Below are positions 52,530 through 64,000 of a stretch of DNA of 64,000 bases, piece by piece. The notes beneath the pieces are model-generated. The model was given only the letters and a program-made list of their open reading frames with translations. It did not search any database and was not told where the DNA came from. How positions within the stretch are numbered: the stretch's first letter is position 1; every line of letters begins with the position of its first letter. The position numbers were made by a program, and so were the translations under genes. The stretch comes from Trichinella spiralis (lineage: Eukaryota): contig NW_003526947.1 in NCBI RefSeq assembly GCF_000181795.1, positions 478,422 to 542,421 of the forward strand, written 5' to 3'.

Positions 52530-54454
52530 AATGAACTCTGTAAAATATTTGAATAACAATTAGAAACTATTTGCCATACTCAATTAAGTGTTCAATTTCA
52601 ATTTTGCAATTATCAAATTTGAATTTGAAAAATAACTTCTACTCTAATTAATTTAACACTATGAGTGTCACTTTAAACAAGTGAGTGTCATTTGAAAATT
52701 AATTTTTTCAATAAAAATAGCCATAAATGCGGATAATGAAAAATGTTATAAGGCATTTCTATTCCATTCCTACTGGCAGGTAGAATGGTTGATTGTTCTT
52801 CATCTACTGCCGGCCGATATAGCAAAATCAGCACGCCTAGAAGGGGTCAGAACGCGTAGTGTACAAATACACTAAAACCTATGTTGCCTACTGAATTAGC
52901 CTGAAAGCGGCTGAAAATAACAAAATCAGCACGCCTAGAAGGCATTCAGTTCTAACCCCAATGGTCAGCTGAGTATTGCAACCAAAATACAAGGCTGCAA
53001 TCTCGAAGATGTGCAGCAGACTTAGATAATAAAGTAAAGACAAATGAAAAGACATTTGATTGTGCCAAGTGGAAGATAAATTCCACCTTTTATAAAGGCG
53101 TTAAAGCTATATATTTGCTATATAATTGCGCTTCAACTGAGCATTACAGATATAAAAGTAAAAACAAGACAACTACTAAATGATTAATGTTGGAGTTGAA
53201 TAAAATATTATGTGACAATTTCAGTCGATAGCTGTGGTGAATAAAATATAAATTACTGTTGAAACTGAAAGATAAGTTCAATTTTGGCAAGATTACAATA
53301 AGCAAGAAAGTGGTCAGCATTGCTCGCTATCAATGGCAAAGAACAACACAATTTTAATTTCTTTTTTCTTTCCCACCCCCTTTAAAAGTTAAATTACAAA
53401 AATTTGATTGTCTAGTTCAAGTACTGTACTGTACTTGTTATTTGAATAAACAGGACTTGCTGTATTTGCAAAGAGTAATGTAATAAAGGTCAATTTTACG
53501 ATAAATGATTGATTTATCCATGCATTAGATGTATGAAGCATAGAAGAAAATTGTAAGAAAAGAAGAAAAAGAAAAAAGTACTGTTATTTGAATGGTTTCA
53601 TGGCAAGTTTATGCAAATATAACAGTTGAAGAAGTATGTATTGATGAGGAAATTGAGAAAATTAATTCTGTAAAATATTTGAATAACAATTAGAAACTAT
53701 TTCCCATACACAATTAAGTGTTCAGTTTCAATTTTGCAATTATCAAATTTGAATTAAAAATAACTTCTGCTCTAAATAATTTAACATTATGAGGTTACTT
53801 TAAAGAAGTCAATGCTGTCATTTAAACAAGTTTGAATGCCAAATTGTTTAAACACTTTAAAGCATGAGTTACGTCTTGTATGCCGCGTTCTTTAGTTCTT
53901 ATCAAAGTTCGAGCTTGATAGTTGCACTGAATTGCGATGTGGAAGGAAGGTACTTTCGCGCTTTTCGTGCTTTCCGCTTTGTGCGTGTTGGTCGCATTTG
54001 GGTATATGATTTACAGAGCAGTAAAGTTGGGGAAGAAGGAAAGAAAAAAGAAGATCCAGCAGACAAAGCAAAACGTGAATAAATTCCTTGACTTGCTACC
54101 ACCACCGGGACAGACGGCGCCGTTGGACAGTGAAATTCTTCAACAAATGCTTGAGCAGTCGTCATGAAAGCTGATTCGAACAGCAGCACTGTTTTTAATA
54201 ATATTCGCTTTTATAAATAATTTCAATAGAAATGTTGTTCTCTGTTTTAATGTCAAAAATTTTTGAAAATAAAATTTACTATATTTTGTATTGTTTTTAA
54301 ATAGATTTAATGGAAATTTTCAAATTTGTAAGCACTGCTATATACATTTTTGCCTTAGAATTAGCAGTTTTTGTGGTTAGGGCTTAAAAATGAAAATCCA
54401 GTCGTTGAAACGGCAAGAAATGGGAAAATATTGTTACACAGCTTAATCATTTCC
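52530..54454 (+). repeat. Segmental repeat unit, copy 1 (~1.9-kb core carrying the microprotein gene)
   Basis: Aligns by eye, with scattered SNPs, to 56499-58374 and 58727-60425. Internal duplication: 52530-52690 resembles 53660-53830. Confidence 0.9.
53937..54167 (+). CDS. Orphan 76-aa single-pass membrane microprotein, copy 1
   Basis: ATG-initiated ORF, more GC-rich than its flanks. Hydrophobic residues ~7-26 (FALFVLSALCVLVAFGYMIY) are followed by a polybasic RAVKLGKKERKKK stretch and LLPPPG. Candidate acceptor TTCTTTAG ends at 53895; AATAAA at 54268-54273. Confidence 0.6.
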   Translation: MWKEGTFALFVLSALCVLVAFGYMIYRAVKLGKKERKKKIQQTKQNVNKFLDLLPPPGQTAPLDSEILQQMLEQSS

Positions 54455-57400
54455 TTTCTAGCGCTGCTTTGATAGTTAATTTTTGAAATTCAGCTGTTGC
54501 TGAAAATTCTCTCTTCTGCATAAAATTCAACCTGACGAACACACACGTTTATCCAAACGTTCTTGAATTCGCATATGAGCTTCATTTGTCAAAATAGAAT
54601 TTCATTTCTCATCAACGGAATTCAATATAAAAATTGAATTATTGCATTACGTTTTTAATTTAATTATCAACACTTCAGAAGCATTTGTTTGATAAAAATT
54701 TACATATTTTGAAAATCACGGAACACTGAATGATATTATGCTTTACTATCATTTTGTAAATAATCTAATATTTAATCGACGTGCATCAGTAGATGAACAG
54801 TTAAATATTTTGAACTGCTTTTCGGTAAGATGATGGAATTTGTGTTTAGGTGGTGTTAAAAATTTTCTCGCTTAATTTCTGATGGTTATTAACAACTGCC
54901 TTTTGTCTGCTTTTTGGGACAAGCAAATTTCCTTTCTGTTAATATTTTATCGTGTTGAGCTATTTAATAGTTGTCAAACGTTCATTAATTCCGCTTCTAG
55001 GATAGCAGAGGTTAGTAATTAGATAGATCAGCCCAATTATGCGATAGGCAGAAGAATGACTCTTTCGCATTTTCCATATGCAGCTAATTGAAGCTGAATT
55101 CAAGTACCACAAGTGACGTGATTGAAAAATTCTGAACAAGCAAAATGGTAATGTATTTTGTTTTAAAAATTCTATTGATTTCTCATCATGCACGTGGCTA
55201 TTTCTTACGGCATGGAAAGTTACATGGCAGCACTCTGAATTCCTGCATTAAATTAAAATTAATTGTTTTATTGTACATTTTCTGTGGAATGTATTCCTTT
55301 TTTGAAAAAGCCATTTTTGAATCTGAAGTACGAAGCATTAAAAAGTAATTTTTTATTTCTGAATAATTTTTTAGAAGGGTTTAGATTTTCATATTTAGGC
55401 AGTTTAAAGTGCACTTGGCTTGTATTATAACTAAATTGTAGATTTTCTTTCATCAGACTTTAAAATACGAAATGATAAATAATGCTAATGTTTTGATACT
55501 TTGCGTAAACATTGATAATTTATGACTATCTTTTCAGTGATTTTCAATTTTGCACGTTATATGACAGTTTTGAACTTCGAAGATACATGAATTGCCGATT
55601 ATAATGGTTAATAGAAATATTTGATTGCTTCATCAACTCGAATTATGTTATCCGAAGGCAAACTGAAATGAAGCTTGTTTCCCTGACATCGAAATGTATT
55701 TGTGAGATCTCGCTATTTGTTTGCCTTTCTGTTAACATCCACCAAAATTATGTCGGCCCAGCGGAGTGAACAATTTAAGTAGTACTTGTTCACCAATTCA
55801 TTTCATGGAAAACTCTATGTAAGTGCTATGCAATCACTTTTGCGTCATTCGTAGAAATAATTTTTGGCTAACGGTATGCTGAGAGTGAATGGTGGTGCGT
55901 TTTCAATGGAAAGACGGTCGTAGGTCCTTAAATTAGATATGATTTTTTGTTCATTTTATTATAATTTCTAGAAATTTTTTGTCGTGGTATGGAACTGCAT
56001 ATAAAGAAGGATGGATCTTAACCAAATGGAGACGCTAATTTAGTTAAGTCTCATTTTTCTTCACTTATTTCGTTTTTTTTACAGTAATGTAATTTCTGAA
56101 ATTTCACGTCTAAGATGACAAGCCCTTTATTTGGAAAATTTTATGGATGTAGAATAGTCAAAATATTCCATTATAAATGAGATATGTGCAAAATGTGTCA
56201 ATGTTTACGATTAGCAGCAATTAAAATTTCAGTTTGTCCAGATATTCTTTGTCGAGATACGCTACGTGAAGCTACTTGTTATTTGAGTTAACGGGACTTG
56301 TTGTATTTGAAAAGAGTAAAGTAGTAAAGGCCAATTTTACGATAAATGATTGATTTATCCATGCATTAGATATTTAAAGCATAGAATAAAATTGTAAGAA
56401 AAGAAGAATAAAAAAAGTACAGTAATTTGAATGCTTTCATGGCAAGTTTATGCAAATACAGCGGTTGAAGAAGTATGTATGGATGAGGAAATTGAGAAAA
56501 TGAACTCTGCAAAATATTTGAATAGCCATTAGAAACTATTTGCCATACTCAATTAAGTGTACAATTTCAATTTTGCAATTATCAAATTTGAATTTGAAAA
56601 ATAACTTCTACTCTAATTAATTTAACACTATGAGTGTCACTTTAAACAAGTGAGTGTCATTTGAAAATTAATTTTTTCAATAAAAATAGCCATAAATGCG
56701 GATAATGAAAAATGTTATAAGGCATTTTTATTCCATTCCTACTGGCAGGTAGAATGGTTGATTGTTCTTCATCTACTGCCGGCCGATATAGCAAAATCAG
56801 CACGCCTAGAAGGGGTCAGAACGCGTAGTGTACAAATACACTAAAACCTATGTTGCCTACTGAATTAGCCTGAAAGCGGCTGAAAATAACAAAATCAGCA
56901 CGCCTAGAAGGCATTCAGTTCTAACCCCAATGGTCAGCTGAGTATTGCAACCAAAATACAAGGCTGCAATCTCGAAGATGTGCAGCAGAATTAGATAATA
57001 AAGTAAAGACAAATAAAAAGACATTTGATTCCGCCAAGTGGAAGATAAATTCCACCTTTTATAAAGGCGTTAAAGCTATATATTTGCTAAATAATTGCGC
57101 TTCAACTGAGCATTACAGATATAAAAGTAAAAACAAGACAGCTACTGAATGATTAATGTAGGAGTTGAATAAAAAATTATGATACAATTTCAGTCGATAG
57201 CTGTGGTGAATAAAATATAAATTACTGTTGAAACTGAAAGATAAGTTCAATTTTGGCAAGATTACAATAAGCAAGAAAGTGGTCAGCATTGCTCGCTATC
57301 AATGACAAAGAGCAACACAATTCTAATTCCTTTTTTCTTTCCCACCCCCTTTAAAAGCTAAATTACAAAAATTTGATTGTCTGTTCAAGTACTGTACTGT

Positions 57401-57673
57401 ACTTGTAATTTGAATAAACAGGACTTGCTGCATTTGAAAAGAGTAATGTAATAAAGGTCAATTTTACGATAAATGATTGATTTATCCATGCATTAGATGT
57501 ATGAAGCATAGAAGAAAATTGTAAGAAAAGAAGAAAAAGAAAAAAGTACTGTTATTTGAATGGTTTCATGGCAAGTTTATGCAAATATAACAGTTGAAGA
57601 CGTATGTATTGATGAGAAATTGAGAAAATTAATTCTGTAAATATTTGATAACCATTAGAAACTATTTCCCATA

Positions 57674-57683
57674 NNNNNNNNNN
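57674..57683. other. Assembly gap (10 N)
   Basis: Run of n; flanking sequence shows single-base deletions relative to the other repeat copies. Confidence 0.99.
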
Positions 57684-57858
57684 AAAATAACTTTTCTTTA
57701 AATAATTAACATTAGAGTGTACTTTAACAAGTCAGTGCTGTCATTTAACAAGTTTGAATGCCAAATTGTTTAAACACTTTAAAGCATGAGTTACGTCTTG
57801 TATGCCGCGTTCTTTAGTTCTTATCAAAGTTCGAGCTTGATAGTTGCATTAAATTGCG

Positions 57859-58089
57859 ATGTGGAAGGAAGGTACTTTCGCGCTTTTCGTGCTTTCCGCT
57901 TTGTGCGTGTTGGTCGCATTTGGGTATATGATTTACAGAGCAGTAAAGTTGGGGAAGAAGGAAAGAAAAAAGAAGATCCAGCAGACAAAGCAAAACGTGA
58001 ATAAATTCCTTGACTTGCTACCACCACCGGGACAGACGGCGCCGTTGGACAGTGAAATTCTTCAACAAATGCTTGAGCAGTCGTCATGA
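57859..58089 (+). CDS. Orphan 76-aa single-pass membrane microprotein, copy 2
   Basis: Translation identical to copy 1; lies between two 10-N gaps. Confidence 0.55.
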   Translation: MWKEGTFALFVLSALCVLVAFGYMIYRAVKLGKKERKKKIQQTKQNVNKFLDLLPPPGQTAPLDSEILQQMLEQSS

Positions 58090-58716
58090 AAGCTGATTCG
58101 ATCAGCAGCACTGTTTTTAATATTCGCTTTCTATAAATAATTTCAATAGAAATGTTGTTCTTTGTTTTAATGTCAAAAATTCTTGAAAATAAAATTTACT
58201 ATATTTTGTTTTGTTTTTAAATAGATTTAATGGAAATTTTCAAATTTGTAAGCACTGCTATATACATTTTTGCCTTAGAATTAGCAGTTTTTGTGGTTAG
58301 GGCTTAAAAATGAAAATCCAGTCGTTGAAACGGCAAGAAATGGGAAAATATTGTTACATAGTTTAATCATTTCCTTGTTTTCCGGGAATCGAAATGCATT
58401 TGTGAGACTTCAGTATTTGTTTTCCTTTCAGCTAACATACACCCAAATTATGTCGGCCCAGCGGATTGAACAATGGGACCAAAATTATTAATTTCTTCAA
58501 AACAAAACGTAAGCGTTATAAGTGTTTACTTTTCCAAAAAGCAAACATTTCATGGGATCCATTTACGGTTACCATCTTTTTCATTCATGAAACTCATAAT
58601 TGATACCACATGTGTGGCTATTTGAATTTACTTTTGCTAAGTTATGAGGATGCAATGGCCATTTGCATAAGTAGTACAATATGTAGTCGCCCAGGGTGAA
58701 ACTTCATAATATATGC

Positions 58717-58726
58717 NNNNNNNNNN
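58717..58726. other. Assembly gap (10 N)
   Basis: Run of n; the following ~200 bp is indel-rich relative to copies 1 and 2. Confidence 0.99.
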
Positions 58727-60766
58727 AAAATGTATAAGGCATTTTATCATCCTACTGGCAGTAGAATGTTGATGTCTCATCTACTGCGCCGATTATAGCA
58801 AAATCAGCACGCTAGAAGGGTCAGAACGCGTAGTGTACAAAATACACTAAACTATGTTGCTACTGAATTAGCTGAAAGGCGGCTGAAAAATAACAAAATC
58901 AGCACGCTAGAAGGCATTCAGTTCTAACCCCCAATGGTCAGCTGAGTATTGCAACCAAAATACAAGGCTGCAATCTCGAAGATGTGCAGCAGAATTAGAT
59001 AATAAAGTAAAGACAAATAAAAAGACATTTGATTCCGCCAAGTGGAAGATAAATTCCACCTTTTATAAAGGCGTTAAAGCTATATATTTGCTAAATAATT
59101 GCGCTTCAACTGAGCATTACAGATATAAAAGTAAAAACAAGACAGCTACTGAATGATTAATGTAGGAGTTGAATAAAAAATTATGATACAATTTCAGTCG
59201 ATAGCTGTGGTGAATAAAATATAAATTACTGTTGAAACTGAAAGATAAGTTCAATTTTGGCAAGATTACAATAAGCAAGAAAGTGGTCAGCATTGCTCGC
59301 TATCAATGACAAAGAGCAACACAATTCTAATTCCTTTTTTCTTTCCCACCCCCTTTAAAAGCTAAATTACAAAAATTTGATTGTCTGTTCAAGTACTGTA
59401 CTGTACTTGTAATTTGAATAAACAGGACTTGCTGCATTTGAAAAGAGTAATGTAATAAAGGTCAATTTTACGATAAATGATTGATTTATCCATGCATTAG
59501 ATGTATGAAGCATAGAAGAAAATTGTAAGAAAAGAAGAAAAAGAAAAAAGTACTGTTATTTGAATGGTTTCATGGCAAGTTTATGCAAATATAACAGTTG
59601 AAGAAGTATGTATTGATGAGGAAATTGAGAAAATTAATTCTGTAAAATATTTGAATAACAATTAGAAACTATTTCCCATACACAATTAAGTGTTCAGTTT
59701 CAATTTTGCAATTATCAAATTTGAATTAAAAATAACTTCTACTTTAAATAATTTAACATTATGAGTGTTACTTTAAACAAGTCAGTGCTGTCATTTAAAC
59801 AAGTTTGAATGCCAAATTGTTTAAACACTTTAAAGCATGAGTTACGTCTTGTATGCCGCGTTCTTTAGTTCTTATCAAAGTTCGAGCTTGATAGTTGCAT
59901 TAAATTGCGATGTGGAAGGAAGGTACTTTCGCGCTTTTCGTGCTTTCCGCTTTGTGCGTGTTGGTCGCATTTGGGTATATGATTTACAGAGCAGTAAAGT
60001 TGGGGAAGAAGGAAAGAAAAAAGAAGATCCAGCAGACAAAGCAAAACGTGAATAAATTCCTTGACTTGCTACCACCACCGGGACAGACGGCGCCGTTGGA
60101 CAGTGAAATTCTTCAACAAATGCTTGAGCAGTCGTCATGAAAGCTGATTCGATCAGCAGCACTGTTTTTAATATTCGCTTTCTATAAATAATTTCAATAG
60201 AAATGTTGTTCTTTGTTTTAATGTCAAAAATTCTTGAAAATAAAATTTACTATATTTTGTTTTGTTTTTAAATAGATTTAATGGAAATTTTCAAATTTGT
60301 AAGCACTGCTATATACATTTTTGCCTTAGAATTAGCAGTTTTTGTGGTTAGGGCTTAAAAATGAAAATCCAGTCGTTGAAACGGCAAGAAATGGGAAAAT
60401 ATTGTTACATAGTTTAATCATTTCCTTGTTTTCCGGGAATCGAAATGCATTTGTGAGACTTCAGTATTTGTTTTCCTTTCAGCTAACATACACCCAAATT
60501 ATGTCGGCCCAGCGGATTGAACAATGGGACCAAAATTATTAATTTCTTCAAAACAAAACGTAAGCGTTATAAGTGTTTACTTTTCCAAAAAGCAAACATT
60601 TCATGGGATCCATTTACGGTTACCATCTTTTTCATTCATGAAACTCATAATTGATACCACATGTGTGGCTATTTGAATTTACTTTTGCTAAGTTATGAGG
60701 ATGCAATGGCCATTTGCATAATTAGTACAATATGTAGTCGCCCAGGGTGAAACTTCATAATATATG
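58727..60766 (+). repeat. Segmental repeat unit, copy 3
   Basis: Essentially identical to copy 2 apart from indel-rich sequence next to the gaps. Confidence 0.9.
59910..60140 (+). CDS. Orphan 76-aa single-pass membrane microprotein, copy 3
   Basis: Translation identical to copy 1; flanks essentially identical to copy 2. Confidence 0.55.
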   Translation: MWKEGTFALFVLSALCVLVAFGYMIYRAVKLGKKERKKKIQQTKQNVNKFLDLLPPPGQTAPLDSEILQQMLEQSS

Positions 60767-62344
60767 CTGGGAAAATAAATAAATTCACAACTGATGTCAA
60801 ATTATAGGGCTCGTGCATGGTAATTGTTCGAAGCTTTAGAGGTATGAACTAGTAAGTACAGAGGAAGTTATTCCATGCTTGTCATGAACTGCAATGTTTT
60901 GTGAAATAATTTTGTGATTACAGCAACCAATTCTATGCAAATTAAAGGTATGTAAATTTTTAATAACCTGAAATAGATGATTTTTGAGAAATTGGATAAA
61001 TTTACCGGTTTTAGCATTTGAAATTTATAGAATTAAAAGACTGGAATATTGAACTAAAATAGCGTTCCAATGTGATAATTTAGACAATTCTTATCTCTGA
61101 ACCTAAAAATTCAGTGTAAAAAGGCTTTTAATTTTGAAAGTTCCTGTTTCATAAATGAAAATCAGAAACAATTCTTATTAAAGTAGTTTCCTTTTTACGG
61201 GTGAAAAAATCTGATAGTTTCGTTGTAAAAAATAAAGATGCCTTTCCATATGTACATTTATTTAACTTTTATTTTCCATTCCTTTTTATTCGACTTTTTT
61301 AATTATTTCTTCGACTCTGTTAAAACTCTATTTTGGTTTCAATTTTTTCACATATCTCAACAAATACGAAATCAAGCGGCGTCCGGATAATTTCACAATA
61401 GTCAGCAAATAATTCTCTACCGATATAAATCAATTGCATTAATTTTTGGAGAAAAAAATTTTTCTCGAAAATTGCAAAATTTCATGGACTATAGACTGGG
61501 TTGTTTTTGCAAAAATCGGCGAAATGTTTGTTTTCGAAATTTGGAATTTTTTTGATTTTTTTAGTGTCATATTCATAAAATAAAGTGTTTTCTAGAGCTT
61601 CAATCTACTCTACGCAGTTGTTGTGGAACAAATGGCGTCTGAATTTCGAATACTGCTTCTCTTAATACATGGGTATGCTTCCCACTTTTTTCTGGATTTC
61701 TCGATAATTGCAAAATTTCATGTAGTATACACTTGATTGTTTTACCAAAAATGAGCGAAAAATTTTTTTTCAAAATTTATGCTTTTTTGTTCGTTATACT
61801 CTTATATTAATAAAAGATAGTGTTTTGGAGAATTTCTCCAGAAACTGCCTAGTAAATTTCAGGATGCTGTAAGCAATAAAGAAAAGTCAGTAGCGAATTT
61901 TATTTTAAGAAGATACTTCTGATTGCTCGATTATTCAAACATTTGCGATAAATCTACACAAAATCATTTTTCTTGCATACTTATTTACTCTCTGTGTTTC
62001 GTTTCTCTTCTTTTCCTTCCCACTTATATCGTATTTCTCTGCCTTCACTGTTTTCGATAAATAGCCAAAAATATTTTATACAAATTTCAACTTTTTGTGA
62101 TTGGTAGATGTTTGCAGTAATGAATAACATCGTTATGGATAGTTTCAATGCACTCTGCCCAATAATTTCGTTATAAATTGCCTCTAAAGTTAGCGCATTC
62201 TGCTTATCTCAATACGTAGGAAAGTTGCCAATCTGTAACTTCCTAGAAAGGCATCTAGCATACGTGATTTTCAGCGAACATAGCACTTTTGGCATTTGAT
62301 TTGGTTATGCACTAAAATTCAACAACAGCGATTATTAACTGATC

Positions 62345-62540
62345 GTGTCCTTAGTCCTACGGATTTTCACCATTCACCCAGTCGCCGCAGCCTGCGCAGA
62401 ACGAAGCTTTACTGCAGTGAAATATCTTAAAAGCTATTTCTGGACTACCATGACTGAAGAACGACTAAACGGATTTGCCGTGATGTGTACATTCATTCTG
62501 ACTTTTCCATTGATATTGACCTGGTAACAGAAAAGTCTTT
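62345..62540 (+). mobile_element. hAT-superfamily transposase relic (C-terminal dimerisation domain, frameshifted)
   Basis: LRIFTIHPVAAACAERSFTAVKYLKSYFWTTMTEERLNGFAVM matches the hATC P-V-xxx-AERSFS-LK-LK-YLR-TM-ERLNGLA consensus. After a frameshift it continues IHSDFSIDIDLVTEK. TIR-like CTACATCCGCCCA at ~62719-62731. Confidence 0.8.
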
Positions 62541-63059
62541 TTTTCAAACGGAATCAAAACTTGTCGTTCTTTCGAAATACAATTAAAATTATTACTTGGA
62601 AAGTTATTCTATCACGTGATTGAGATACCAATTATTTTTAATGAAAAAACGGTATTATTTTATTCTTCGTCAGACTGTCATGTATAATTATACATGTGCA
62701 TGATAAATTTTTTGTATACTACATCCGCCCATCTTTATAAATTAAACGCCTCTGTATGTTTTACATTGAATGAAGGAATATAATTTGTTTTTACAAAATT
62801 ATATAAATGCACTTTCGGTTTCATTTCTACTTCAAAATTAATTTTCTGCTAGTAAAGTGTGGTTCTACCGCACAGGATTTCATAAAACAAGACATCTGTC
62901 TTGCATTATCCTCAACCTCAGTACACACTACTGATCGTAGCATTTCAAGCATATTCAGATTTTTATGGAAGTGTCAGTTACGCAAGAATGTTAGTGCAAA
63001 ATGCAGTTAAGAGAAACATTTCCTGCAGCAGTTTTATAAAAAAACGACTGACTGAGGCT

Positions 63060-63232
63060 ATGAGGGAGGAGATAGTAGGGGTGGCGGGTGGATGACGGAC
63101 TTGGGAGCTGAAATGGATGTTCGAAGAGGGGAAGCTGGAGAAGAGGTTTTTAGTGTGTATGTGTGATTTATATAAGAATCAGACATGCAAGGTGAACGAA
63201 TAAAACACGTCGTAGTGACAGCCATTCACACC
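63060..63232 (+). mobile_element. Possible degenerate LTR with upstream polypurine tract
   Basis: GAGGGAGGAGA purine tract, G-rich segment, TATATAA at ~63169, AATAAA at ~63199. Termini are poorly defined. Confidence 0.25.
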
Positions 63233-64000
63233 TGGGACTCAGAAATTTTCGTATGATAAAGTAGGCAGAATTTTTGCATAAATAGGTGCAAAATAAGGAA
63301 GCGGTTTAAAGGAAGTGCATTTGTAGCGGCTACTGGAAAATTGTATCTGTTAATCAGGTTGGCCTTTTTGTTGGGCTGACAGGGGAATGTGAAGCTTGCA
63401 GAAAATCATCAGATGTCTCATTGTTCGCAAGCAAGCACAAAAGGCAAAAATCACAACGACATTAAAATATATCTGAAATTCAGACATAAATCACAAAGCA
63501 ATAAATTAAGTGTATATGAAAATCTGCAAGTAATAATTTAACTGATGACAGCCGGCTTGACTGCAGCACAGCTTCAATGTTGTCTGTGAAATAAATACAA
63601 GTCTCATTTTACACAAATGACGTAAATCCAGCAGACAGTTTCATTTTGCATGAGTACAGAATGCAAAGTATGAAAAGGAAATAAAGCAGATGGAAAGAGA
63701 ACGAGTAAAAGTATCTTTTATAATATGAAATTAAATTACACTTCAAAAATAAAATCACGGAAAGATAATTAATAATTGAAGATACAGTAAGATACATTAT
63801 TTAAATTGCCAAATTAATGATAAGAAGGTTACTAAGTAATACACAAGGAGAGGAATGCATAGTTATTACTTTATTACGGTGCTGTTCGATAAACGGTGGC
63901 GCAGCGTAACCAAGGTGCAAGTGCAAGATGCCAAATTCAGGTGAACATTTAATACTGAAATTTATTATTCTGATGTTTTGCTATAAATGCATGTATATTT

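Larger units (their letters stand above)
56275..58716 (+). repeat. Segmental repeat unit, copy 2 (with an extra diverged 5' duplicate of the 53430-53660 segment)
   Basis: Near-identical to copies 1 and 3; contains the gap 57674-57683 and ends at the gap starting at 58717. Confidence 0.9.

Noticed and set aside
52773..52813. Hairpin beginning TGGCAG as miR-34-like
   Set aside because: Seed differs (GGCAGGT vs GGCAGTG) and the stem is too short for a pre-miRNA.
52823..52942. 22-bp direct repeats as a CRISPR-like array
   Set aside because: Only two repeats per unit, the same intervening sequence in all units, eukaryotic context, no cas genes.
53902..54189. 95-aa minus-strand ORF in the repeat
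   Set aside because: Non-ATG start, amino-acid changes between copies, antisense to the better-formed 76-aa ORF.

Overview
AT-rich eukaryotic genomic DNA with short GT-AG introns (many 54-75 nt), so the ORF track shows only exon fragments. A nematode-specific ACC-family channel gene indicates a nematode. Composition, intron sizes and relaxed acceptors fit a clade I species such as Trichinella, but that is inference. I reconstructed four conserved spliced genes by hand with phase-consistent junctions: WBP4/FBP21 (minus, 4 exons, ~324 aa), an ACC-4-like Cys-loop channel subunit (minus, 7 exons, ~378 aa), a Frizzled-4/MIG-1-type Wnt receptor (plus, 3 exons, 8.2-kb first intron, ~609 aa) and a GCY-28/NPR-A-like receptor guanylyl cyclase (plus, 20 exons, ~1092 aa). 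A probable small 4-exon gene (~132 aa, Snapin/Pallidin-like) at 4827-5548 is largely invisible in the ORF track. From ~48.9 kb onward the window is a repeat mosaic. It holds LTR-like remnants, a hAT transposase relic and a segmental array carrying three identical copies of an orphan 76-aa single-pass membrane microprotein, plus a diverged fragment. Two of the copies border 10-N assembly gaps and may be redundant. There are no prokaryotic systems, CRISPR arrays or recognisable tRNA/rRNA genes. The most novel candidates are the amplified microprotein family, the unusual pore residues of the ACC-4-like subunit, TCF-site clusters around frizzled and a structured GC island at ~13.9 kb.
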